Below are positions 18,236 through 26,890 of a DNA stretch of 64,000 nucleotides, piece after piece (positions within the stretch are counted from its first letter, which is position 1; each line of letters begins with the position of its first letter). The stretch spans positions 18,522 through 82,521 of the forward strand of contig JAFGEW010000099.1 in assembly GCA_016931415.1 (NCBI GenBank). The letters are read 5' to 3'. The position numbers were made by a program, and so were the translations under genes. Under the pieces are notes generated by a model that saw only the letters and a program-made list of their open reading frames with translations, did not search any database and was not told the DNA's origin. Source of the DNA: Verrucomicrobiota bacterium (GTDB taxonomy: Bacteria > Auribacterota > JABMQX01 > JAFGEW01).

Positions 18236-19450
18236 ATGGAGCGGGCGCGACAGATCCTGCACGTGGACATGGACGCGTTCTTCGTGTCGGTCGAGGAGCT
18301 GGCCAACCCGTCGCTCGTCGGCAAGCCGGTCGTCGTAGGCGGCGATCCCGACGGGCGGGGCGTGGTGGCGGCGGCCTCGTACGCGGCGCGCAAGTACGGC
18401 ATCCACTCGGCCATGCCGCTGCGGACGGCCAAGCGGCTGTGTCCGCACGCGATCTTTCTGCACTCGGACCTGCAGAACTACTCCGCGTGGTCGCAGCGCA
18501 TCTATAGGGTATTTGAGCAGTTCACGCCCGATGTGCAGGCCGTCTCGATCGACGAGGCGTACCTCGACATCACCGGCACCGAGCGGCTCTTCGGGCCGGG
18601 TGTGGCGGCCGCCGAGCGGGTCAAGCTCGCCGTCAAGCAGCAGGTGGGGCTCAACGCATCGGTCGGATTGGCGACGAACAAGCTCGTCGCAAAGGTGTCC
18701 TCGGAGCTGGCGAAACCGAACGGGCTGTGTGCGGTGTTTCCGGGGGGCGAGGCGGCGTTTCTCGCGCCGCTCAAGATCGAGCGGCTGCCCGGTGTCGGCG
18801 CGGCGACGACCGAGCGGCTCCGCGTGCTCGGCGTGCGTCGCATCGGCCAGCTCGCCCGTCTCGACCCCGGGCTGCTCGAGCGCGCATTCGGCTCGACGGG
18901 CCTCTGGCTCCATGAGCGCGCGAACGGCCTCGAGCCGAGCCCGATCGAGACGCGCGGCCTGCCCAAGTCGGTCAGTCGCGAGACGACCTTCGACGAGGAC
19001 ACCGCCGATGTCGAGCTGATGCACCGGACGCTGTTCCGGCTCGTCGAGCGCGTTGGCCGCGCGCTGCGCAAGGAGAAGCTCCAGGCCAAGACGATCACGC
19101 TCAAGCTGCGCTACAGCGATTTCTCGACCATCACCCGCTCGATCACGGTCCGCGAAGGCACCGACCTCGACGCGGTCATCTACGAGCACGTCAAGGCCCT
19201 GTTCGACAAGGCCTACACCCGCCGCGGCCGCGTCCGCCTCCTCGGCGCCGGCACGTCCAACTTCGTCTCCGCCGCCTGGCAGCAGCCGCTCCTCGCCAAC
19301 GACCTCGACGTGACCAAACTCAAGAGCCTGTACAAAGCCATCGACAAGGTGCGCAACCGCTTCGGCACGGATGCGCTACACGTTGGGAAGGAGGAAAGGG
19401 ACGATGGGGAACAAGAGCAGGGGAATGAACCTGAGATGCTCACAGACTGA
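18236..19450 (+). CDS. dinB: DNA polymerase IV
   Basis: HVDMDAFF, AASYAAR, SIDEAYLD, KPNG, KSVSRETTF. Confidence 0.96.
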   Translation: MERARQILHVDMDAFFVSVEELANPSLVGKPVVVGGDPDGRGVVAAASYAARKYGIHSAMPLRTAKRLCPHAIFLHSDLQNYSAWSQRIYRVFEQFTPDVQAVSIDEAYLDITGTERLFGPGVAAAERVKLAVKQQVGLNASVGLATNKLVAKVSSELAKPNGLCAVFPGGEAAFLAPLKIERLPGVGAATTERLRVLGVRRIGQLARLDPGLLERAFGSTGLWLHERANGLEPSPIETRGLPKSVSRETTFDEDTADVELMHRTLFRLVERVGRALRKEKLQAKTITLKLRYSDFSTITRSITVREGTDLDAVIYEHVKALFDKAYTRRGRVRLLGAGTSNFVSAAWQQPLLANDLDVTKLKSLYKAIDKVRNRFGTDALHVGKEERDDGEQEQGNEPEMLTD

Positions 19451-19562
19451 TACGGATGGAGACTCCTCGGCCCACATGTGCTTGTCAAGGTTGTCCGTCA
19501 GGCGGGGGTGTGGTAAGTTCTGTGGGCGAAGCGACGATGAATGACTGAGCGGAGGAGTGACG

Positions 19563-19772
19563 ATGGCTGTCCGGGTGAAGTCTTTCAAGCGCACGGAGTT
19601 CATTGAGATCGGGAGGGACCGCTTCGACGACGCGGTGTCGCAGGCCCTGACGGCGATCGGTGCGGAGAATATCATCTCCGTGCTACCGCTCAACTACGAG
19701 CACATCGACATCGCCACCGAGAAGATCGTGACCGACTTCGGGGTGATCGTGGTCTACAAGACGGCCGATTAG
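19563..19772 (+). CDS. Small hypothetical protein
   Basis: GGAGG RBS, gene-like codon usage, alpha/beta-type composition. Confidence 0.7.
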   Translation: MAVRVKSFKRTEFIEIGRDRFDDAVSQALTAIGAENIISVLPLNYEHIDIATEKIVTDFGVIVVYKTAD

Positions 19773-19951
19773 GGGCGAGCGCTTGCCCCCTGCCCCATTG
19801 TGTCACGATTGTGCGTAGGGGCTGTCGCCTCTGCGGGGCCCCCGGCTTTTTCCCTGTCGAGGACCCCGGGCTATCGTCTTGGGCGAGTGTCTGCCGGGCG
19901 CAGGTGCCCTTGGCAGGCCGTCGGTTGTTATCTCCCTCCAGAGCTTCCATG

Positions 19952-20179
19952 CTATGCCAGTCTGTCTTTGATCCGGTTCCACCGGGCGAGGACTTCCCAC
20001 TCCCCCTTCTCGCGCCAGCGGGCATAGGCGGGGTGTTCCGGCACAAGGCGCCCTAGTTGGGCGAGGGCGAAGAGCATCCGGAGCCGCCCCGACATGTTGA
20101 GCTTGGCCTTCTCCGCGAGGCTGTTCCTGAGCATGGCGTTCCAGGCCTTGATGCTGCGAGGCGGCAATCCCTTGTCCAT
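19952..20179 (-). CDS. Small hypothetical helical protein
   Basis: GGAG RBS just downstream of the trpD stop; gene-like codon usage. Confidence 0.55.
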   Translation of the reverse strand: MDKGLPPRSIKAWNAMLRNSLAEKAKLNMSGRLRMLFALAQLGRLVPEHPAYARWREKGEWEVLARWNRIKDRLA

Positions 20180-20192
20180 TGCGTGCTCCGGG

Positions 20193-21248
20193 CTATTCGT
20201 TCGTCAGCTTGACGAGGACGTCGAGTTTGGCGCGGGCGGCGCCGGACGTGATGGCGTCGGTCGCGGCCATGATGCCGTCGGCGATGTCGCCGGTGAGGCC
20301 CGCGGCGGCGATGGCGGCGCCGGCGTTGAGGACGACCGCGTCGAAGTGCGGACCGCGCTTGCCATCGAGAACCTCGCGCGCGATGCGGGCGTTCTCATCG
20401 GGCTCGCCGCCGGCAAGGTCCTGGGTGCGGACGCGCTTGAGGCCGAAGAGCTCGGGCTCGATAATGTAGGACTCGATATGGCCGTTGCGCAGCTCGGCGA
20501 CGTGGGTCGGGCCGGTCAGCGAGATCTCGTCCTGGCCGTCCTTGCCGTGGGCGACGAAAGCGCGCTCGCTGCCGAGGCTGCGGAGTACGGCGGCGAGGGT
20601 CTCGCAGAGGCGGCCGTCGTAGACGCCGAGAAGCTGGGCGGTGGCGCCGGCGGGATTGGTCAGTGGCCCGAGGATGTTGAACACCGTGCGGATGCCGATC
20701 TCGCGGCGCGGGCCGATGGCATGCTTCATTGCCGTGTGGAGCATGGGCGCGAAGAGGAACGCGATGCCGATCTCGCTCAAGCAGCGCTCGACGGTCTCGA
20801 CGGGCGCTTCGATGTTGACGCCGAGCGCCTTGAGCACGTCGGCGCTGCCGCACTTGCTCGAGACCGAGCGGTTGCCGTGCTTGGCGACCGTGGCGCCGGC
20901 GCCGGCGGCGACGAGCGCGGCAACGGTCGAGATATTGAACGTGTGCAGGCCGTCGCCGCCGGTGCCGCAGGTGTCGATGACGGCGTGGGCTCTATGCCCG
21001 TTCGACACGGCTTGTGGCAGCCTTATCGGCGTGACCTTGTCGCGCATAGTAGCGGCGAAACCGGTGATCTCGTCGGTGGTCTCGCCCTTGAGCCGGAGCG
21101 CGGTGAGCAAGCAGCCGATCTGCGCGCCGGTGGCCTCGCCGGACATGATGGCGTCCATGGCGGCCGCGGCCTGCTCGCGCGAGAGGTGCGTGCCCTCGAC
21201 GACGATCCTGATTGCCTCGCGAATGATGGTGTTGGCATCGGCTGACAT
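20193..21248 (-). CDS. trpD: Anthranilate phosphoribosyltransferase
   Basis: DTCGTGGD, FNIST, KHGNRSVSSKCGSAD, FNILGPLTNP. Confidence 0.96.
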   Translation of the reverse strand: MSADANTIIREAIRIVVEGTHLSREQAAAAMDAIMSGEATGAQIGCLLTALRLKGETTDEITGFAATMRDKVTPIRLPQAVSNGHRAHAVIDTCGTGGDGLHTFNISTVAALVAAGAGATVAKHGNRSVSSKCGSADVLKALGVNIEAPVETVERCLSEIGIAFLFAPMLHTAMKHAIGPRREIGIRTVFNILGPLTNPAGATAQLLGVYDGRLCETLAAVLRSLGSERAFVAHGKDGQDEISLTGPTHVAELRNGHIESYIIEPELFGLKRVRTQDLAGGEPDENARIAREVLDGKRGPHFDAVVLNAGAAIAAAGLTGDIADGIMAATDAITSGAARAKLDVLVKLTNE

Positions 21249-21373
21249 CGTTGTCTGGTCTCCCATTGCTGACGGAGGATGCTGTCCATAGATCTCACAG
21301 ATGGTACGCTTTCGATCGCCATCGGTGGGAACCCGTGCAGTCTGTGGCTGAGGCTTCCGTGTCCGGGTTTCTC

Positions 21374-21787
21374 CTATTCGCCCATGGCTTTGATGACGAG
21401 ACGCTTGGGGCGCTGGCCGTCGAACTCGGCGTAGTAGATCTGCTGCCACGGGCCGAGATCGAGCCGGCCGGCGGTGATCGGGACGATCACCTCGTGGTGG
21501 ATAAGGAGGCTCTTGAGGTGCGAATCGCCATTGGTCTCGCCGGTGCGGTGGTGGCGGTAGTCGTCGCGGTACGGGGCGAGACCCTCGAGCCAATCGTCGA
21601 TATCGTCGATCAGGCCGCTTTCGGCGTCGTTGACGTAGACGGCGGCCGTGATGTGCATGGCCGAAACGAGAACCATGCCCTCGCGGATGCCACTCCGCTC
21701 GACGACGCCGGCGACCTCACCGGTGATGTTGATATACTCGCGGTGTTTGCGCGTGTTGAAGGTCAGATACTCAGTGGCGGACTTCAT
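21374..21787 (-). CDS. yjbQ: YjbQ / UPF0047 family protein
   Basis: [25 protein letters not shown]. Confidence 0.92.
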   Translation of the reverse strand: MKSATEYLTFNTRKHREYINITGEVAGVVERSGIREGMVLVSAMHITAAVYVNDAESGLIDDIDDWLEGLAPYRDDYRHHRTGETNGDSHLKSLLIHHEVIVPITAGRLDLGPWQQIYYAEFDGQRPKRLVIKAMGE

Positions 21788-22136
21788 GAGCGCGTTTCAT
21801 CCTTGTCTCCGTATTGCGGGCCGAGTCTACAGAAGCAGGGCGACGGGAGCCACAGGTTTTGCGGGGGCACTCATCCACGCTCCTCGGGGAAGTGGCTGCG
21901 CGAGATGGCTTGCTGCGGTGCAAGTCGTCTCACCGCAGAGACGGGGGCCATACAACGCAGGTGGCCTCATGCAGGCACACGGCGGCACAAACGGCGCAGT
22001 TCCAATCCCTCGGTGCACGACACACGCTGGCCCGTTCTGGCGGCGGGGCGATCAGCTCGAACGGCGACCCGCTGCTGTTGGGCGAGTGTGAGATCGCCAC
22101 GCGCATCATCGACCAGTTCGCGCGCTGCTCTGTCGA

Positions 22137-23504
22137 TTACCACGACCCGGGGCCTAGCGGCAACACCACCGTGAACGTGCTGCCTTCGCCGGCGACGCTC
22201 TCGACTTCGATGCGACCACCGAGGTCCTGAGCCACTTTCCGGGCGATGCACAGGCCGAGGCCGGTGCCGACAGCTTCGTAGAGGCGCGCATTGGCAGCGC
22301 GGTAGAACTCATCGAAAATCTTCGGCTGGTCCTCGGGTGCGATACCGATGCCGGTGTCTTTGACGGCGATGCGGGCTTCATCGCGTCCGTATTCGGCCGT
22401 GACGGTGACGGTCCCCCCCTCGGGCGTGTACTTGACCGCGTTCTGCACAAGCGAGGCAAAGAGCTGCAGGACTTGGTTGCGTGCGCCCGTGATGCTCGGC
22501 AGGTCGGGGTCGATGTCGGCGGTCAAGGTGACCTCCTTGTGCTGCGCGGCCGTCTGGGCTTCCTCGACGACATCGGCGATGAGCGGCCCGAGGGAGATCG
22601 CTTCGGTTTTCTCGGTATCCGCCATTTCCTTGAGCCGGGTCAGGCTGAGCATGTCGTTGATGAGAGCGAGCATGTGTTGCGACTGAACCTCGGCGCGGCT
22701 CACGAGCTCAGCGGTTTTCTCCGTGTCCTCGACGTAGCCGCCGGTCACCAGCTTGAGAACGGTCTGGATCGACGCGAGCGGCGAACGCAGTTGGTGGCTC
22801 ACGAGGCGGAAGAAGGCGTTACGCTCGCGGTCGAGCTCCTCGAGTCTGCAGTGGGCGAGCTCGACTTCGTGGGCGTGCCCTTCGAGCTGACGGCGCGTCT
22901 CGTCGAGTTCGATCTCACGGCGGCGCAAGCGCCGGGCGATACCGCCGACGAGGACTGAGATCGTTACGAAGGTGATCACGATGACGGCTGCGACCGAGAG
23001 CAGGTAGGTGCGGCTCTCCATCGGATCGGCGGCCCCGGGGTCGAGAGCGGACCAGTGCTGAAGCCAGTGATTGGCCTCGGCGACGCCCATGGCGATCAAG
23101 GCGAGGAAGACCCAGGCGGCGTGCACGAGCATCATGCGCAGGCTCACCAGCAGGCCGCAGATCACCAGGTGGAAGACGAAAAACGGCAGAAACGGGCTCG
23201 TCGGCCCGCCGGTGTAGTGCACCCACACGAGCAAAGCGATGAAATCGGTCGCGATCTGGATGTTGATGAAGCGGTAGACGCGCTGCAGGTCGGGGCGACG
23301 GTCAACGGCCCACCGGGTGCCCACCGACAGAACAACGTTGTAGACGGCGACGAAACCGGCCACCAGGAAAAGCGGCACAGCGGGGTAGGCGAGCCTCAGA
23401 AGCCAGGACAGTGCCGCCCCAACTCCCATGAGCAGAACAACAAACCACCGGACCCGTACCAGCCAGCGGGTCCTGTAGATGAGCTCTTCTTCCCGTGGAA
23501 TCAT
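22137..23504 (-). CDS. Membrane-bound sensor histidine kinase
   Basis: About six N-terminal TM segments; SHQLRSPL H-box, NAVKYT, DTGIG, GTGLGL. Confidence 0.92.
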   Translation of the reverse strand: MIPREEELIYRTRWLVRVRWFVVLLMGVGAALSWLLRLAYPAVPLFLVAGFVAVYNVVLSVGTRWAVDRRPDLQRVYRFINIQIATDFIALLVWVHYTGGPTSPFLPFFVFHLVICGLLVSLRMMLVHAAWVFLALIAMGVAEANHWLQHWSALDPGAADPMESRTYLLSVAAVIVITFVTISVLVGGIARRLRRREIELDETRRQLEGHAHEVELAHCRLEELDRERNAFFRLVSHQLRSPLASIQTVLKLVTGGYVEDTEKTAELVSRAEVQSQHMLALINDMLSLTRLKEMADTEKTEAISLGPLIADVVEEAQTAAQHKEVTLTADIDPDLPSITGARNQVLQLFASLVQNAVKYTPEGGTVTVTAEYGRDEARIAVKDTGIGIAPEDQPKIFDEFYRAANARLYEAVGTGLGLCIARKVAQDLGGRIEVESVAGEGSTFTVVLPLGPGSW

Positions 23505-23768
23505 CGAACGCCCACACCTGATGCTGGAACACAATAGGCGCTGCCCCAACCCATCGACAAGCGGAATATGCCGTCCATCTCCTGCAGTCAGAGCACAGAG
23601 CCTCCTTCTGATGTTGATCTCTGAGGGCAGAGTATTGCGCCCCCCAATGGGCCATTTCCCGACAATAACCACCTGACATGTAGAGAAATGCGCTTGGGGG
23701 CCGGGCAGCCTAGATGAGACTGCGTCGCGTCTAGCGCTCGTTTTGGGGCTATCTGTGGAGATTTCGTG

Positions 23769-23816
23769 TTGACGCCTGACGCGGATGTGCCATGATAGCT
23801 GTGAAAGAAATCACAC
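23769..23816 (+). promoter_or_regulatory. hdr operon promoter with a Rex-like operator
   Basis: TTGACG-N16-CATGAT with TGn extension; CTGTGAA-AGAA-ATCACAC at 23799-23816 (11/14 Rex match). Confidence 0.55.
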
Positions 23817-23920
23817 AGCCGCCGTTAGAGTTTTCACGCACCTCTAGACGCACAGCAAGATGGCCGCGCACCTGCCGGACGCGGTCGAAGGTGGCTCGGC
23901 AACCTGTTGGGGGGTCTGCC

Positions 23921-24493
23921 ATGTACGCGCCTGCGGTCAACGAAGCTTTCCTTGCCGAAGTGTCCTCACTCCCTGGCGGCGAACGGATTACGCAATGCAT
24001 CCAATGTGGTTCCTGTTCGGGCAGTTGTCCGACGGCGGCCTGGATGGACCATTCGCCACGCCAGATCTTCGCGTTGATCCGGTGCGGGATGCGCGACGAG
24101 GTGCTCAGTTCGAACACGCCGTGGACCTGTGCCTCCTGCTACACGTGCTACGTGCGGTGCCCCAAGGAGATCAAGATCACCGACATCATGTACGCGCTCA
24201 AACGCTTGTCGATCCGGGAGCACAAAGCGAAGCCGGAGACGAAACCCGCCCGCGTGATGGCCGAGGTTTTTGAGGGCTTGGTCAACAAGCACGGGCGCAA
24301 TTCGGAGTTTCATCTGATGCGGCGGCTGTACGGGCGCCCCTCCGCGATCACCAAGGCGCTACGCAATGCCCCGAGCGGCATGAAGCTCAAGCGCCTCGGC
24401 CGGCTGCCGTTCCGGCAGGAGAAGCTGAGCGCCAATGGCCTTATGCAGATGAAGCAGATCACTGACGCCGTCGAGAAGATGGGCGGTCTCTAG
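23921..24493 (+). CDS. hdrC: Heterodisulfide reductase subunit C-like protein
   Basis: CIQCGSCSGSCP and WTCASCYTCYVRCP [4Fe-4S] motifs. Confidence 0.92.
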   Translation: MYAPAVNEAFLAEVSSLPGGERITQCIQCGSCSGSCPTAAWMDHSPRQIFALIRCGMRDEVLSSNTPWTCASCYTCYVRCPKEIKITDIMYALKRLSIREHKAKPETKPARVMAEVFEGLVNKHGRNSEFHLMRRLYGRPSAITKALRNAPSGMKLKRLGRLPFRQEKLSANGLMQMKQITDAVEKMGGL

Positions 24494-24602
24494 CATCAAG
24501 AGGAATGACAGCACAGGATCAGCGACCCATCTCGGAGGACGGCGGACACCCAGCACGCAGAGCTTGAGACAGAACCCGGTCTTCAGACCGCGGGAGGACG
24601 CC

Positions 24603-25490
24603 ATGGGACTTGCGTACACCTACTACCCCGGATGCTCGGTCGGCGCCACAAGCCGCTGGTACGACATCTCGCTTCGGGCCGTCGCCAAGGCGCTTGACGT
24701 CGAGCTGGCCGAGCTCGAGGACTGGAACTGCTGCGGCGCCACCGCGTACATGAGCGTGCGCGAGCTCATGAGCTTCTGCATCTCGGCGCGCAACCTCGCG
24801 CTGGCCGAGCCGCTCGGCCGCGACATCGTCACCCCCTGCAACGCCTGCTTCACCGTCCTGCACAAGACCAACCGCTACTGGCACGAGGATGAGACCCTTC
24901 GCGGCAAGGTCAACGAGGCGCTCGCTGCTGCGGGCCTCCACTACAAGGGCACGGTCAAGGTGCGTCACGCGCTCGATCCATTCGTCAACGATGTCGGTCT
25001 CGATGCGATCAGTGAGAAGGTCACGAAGCCACTCGCGGGGCTGAAGGTTGCGGCGTACTACGGGTGCCAGCTCGTGCGGCCCGAGACAGGGCTCGACAGC
25101 CCCGACTACCCTGTGATCCTTGACCAGTTGCTCGCCTCGCTTGGGGCCGAGCCAGTGGACTGGGCCATGAAGGCGCGCTGCTGCGGCGCCTCGCTGATCG
25201 TGAGCCGCGAGGACGTCGCACGCGACCTGATCGCCGACATCCTCAAGTGCGCGGCCGACGCCGGGGCCGAGGCGATCACCACGCTCTGTCCGATGTGCCA
25301 CATCAACCTCGAAACGCAGATGGCCCGTATCAACAAGGACTACGGGTTTGATCTCAACTTCCCCGTGCTGTTCTTCACGCAGTTGATGGGAGTCGCGCTT
25401 GGTGTCGACGAGACCGAACTGGGTCTTGACAAGGGCTTCATCGACGCCCGCCCGCTCCTGACGCGCCACGGCATCGGGGCCAGGGCATAA
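24603..25490 (+). CDS. hdrB: Heterodisulfide reductase subunit B-like protein
   Basis: Two CCG domains: YYPGC..WNCCG..CNAC and YYGC..CCG..CPMC. Confidence 0.93.
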   Translation: MGLAYTYYPGCSVGATSRWYDISLRAVAKALDVELAELEDWNCCGATAYMSVRELMSFCISARNLALAEPLGRDIVTPCNACFTVLHKTNRYWHEDETLRGKVNEALAAAGLHYKGTVKVRHALDPFVNDVGLDAISEKVTKPLAGLKVAAYYGCQLVRPETGLDSPDYPVILDQLLASLGAEPVDWAMKARCCGASLIVSREDVARDLIADILKCAADAGAEAITTLCPMCHINLETQMARINKDYGFDLNFPVLFFTQLMGVALGVDETELGLDKGFIDARPLLTRHGIGARA

Positions 25491-25508
25491 CACGGAGGGA
25501 CCCGTGCG

Positions 25509-26396
25509 ATGACTGACAAACCGGCCTGCCGCATCGGATGCTACATCTGCCATTGCGGCACCAACATCGCGCAGATGGTTGACGTCGCGGCCGTCGCGAA
25601 GTTCGCCGAGGGGGAGGCCAACGTCGTCGTGGCCCGGCACTACAAGTACATGTGCTCGGACCCGGGCCAGGAGATGATCGTCAACGACATCAAGGAGCAG
25701 AAGCTCGACCGGATCGTGGTGGCCTCCTGCTCGCCGCGCATGCACGAGCCGACGTTCCAGGGCGCGTGCCAGCGGGCGGGGCTGAACAAGTACCTGTTCG
25801 AGATGGCCAACATCCGCGAGCACTGCGCGTGGGTGCACGAGGAGCGCGCGGTGGCCACGGAGAAGGCCAAGGCGCTCGTGCGCGCGGCGTTGCGGCGGGT
25901 GGCGTTCCACGAGCCGCTCGAGGACCGCGTTGTGCCGATCCATCCGGACGCCGTGGTCATCGGTGGCGGGATCGCGGGGATCACGGCGGCGCTCAACATC
26001 GCCGACGGCGGTTCGAAGGTCTACCTCGTCGAGCGCGACCCGTCGATTGGCGGTCACATGGGCCAGTTCGACAAGACGTTCCCGACGCTCGATTGCTCGG
26101 CGTGCATCCTGACGCCCAAGATGACGTCGGTGGGCCAGCACCCGAACATCGAGTTGCTCACGTGCGCCGAGGTGACGAACGTCGACGGCTACATTGGCGC
26201 CTTCAAGGTCAAGATCAACAAGAAGGCGCGCTACGTTGACGTCGAGAAGTGTACGGGGTGTGGGGTGTGTTGGACCCTGTGCCCGTCGCGGGCCACACCG
26301 CGGCGCAAGACGATCCGGATCAAGACCAAGTTCGGCGACCAGCTCGTAAGGAGTGCGACGAATGGCAACGGAAGCCGCTCTGAAGACGGACATTGA
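25509..26396 (+). CDS. hdrA: HdrA N-terminal half (split gene)
   Basis: ICHCGTNI, CSPRMHE, NIREHC, GGGIAG, DKTFPTLDCSAC; ends shortly after a single ferredoxin motif CTGCGVCWTLCP. Confidence 0.9.
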   Translation: MTDKPACRIGCYICHCGTNIAQMVDVAAVAKFAEGEANVVVARHYKYMCSDPGQEMIVNDIKEQKLDRIVVASCSPRMHEPTFQGACQRAGLNKYLFEMANIREHCAWVHEERAVATEKAKALVRAALRRVAFHEPLEDRVVPIHPDAVVIGGGIAGITAALNIADGGSKVYLVERDPSIGGHMGQFDKTFPTLDCSACILTPKMTSVGQHPNIELLTCAEVTNVDGYIGAFKVKINKKARYVDVEKCTGCGVCWTLCPSRATPRRKTIRIKTKFGDQLVRSATNGNGSRSEDGH

Positions 26397-26844
26397 TCTG
26401 GCGCCGGCCGAGGCGCTCATTGCCGCGTACATGGACAACCGTGAGGCGACCATTGCCTTGCTCCAGGACGTCCAGAAGCACTACGGCTACCTGCCTCGCC
26501 CGGTGCTCGAGCTGATCTCCGAGCGCCTGAACCTGCCGCACACGCAACTCTTCGCGCTCGCGACGTTCTACCGGGCGTTCAGCCTCAAGCCGCGCGGCCG
26601 CCACCTGATCAACGTCTGCACAGGCACGACGTGCCACGTACGCGGCGCCCCGATGTTGCTCGAGGCCATTGAGCGCGAGTGCAAATGCAAGGCCGGCGGG
26701 ACGACGGCCGACGGCCGGTTTACGATCGAGACGGTGAACTGCGTTGGCGCCTGCGCTTTGGCCCCTGTCATCGTCATTGACGAGGAGGCGCACGGCCGCC
26801 TGACCCAGGCCAAGCTCAAGAAGGTGCTCGACCAGTACAAGTAG
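26362..26844 (+). CDS. NuoE/HydC-like [2Fe-2S] subunit
   Basis: ATFY, CTGTTC, CVGAC; AAGGAG RBS inside the tail of hdrA-N. Confidence 0.92.
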   Translation: MATEAALKTDIDLAPAEALIAAYMDNREATIALLQDVQKHYGYLPRPVLELISERLNLPHTQLFALATFYRAFSLKPRGRHLINVCTGTTCHVRGAPMLLEAIERECKCKAGGTTADGRFTIETVNCVGACALAPVIVIDEEAHGRLTQAKLKKVLDQYK

Positions 26845-26890
26845 CCGACCCGACGTTGGCGAGCGCAGTCGAAGCGAGGGAGAGACCACG

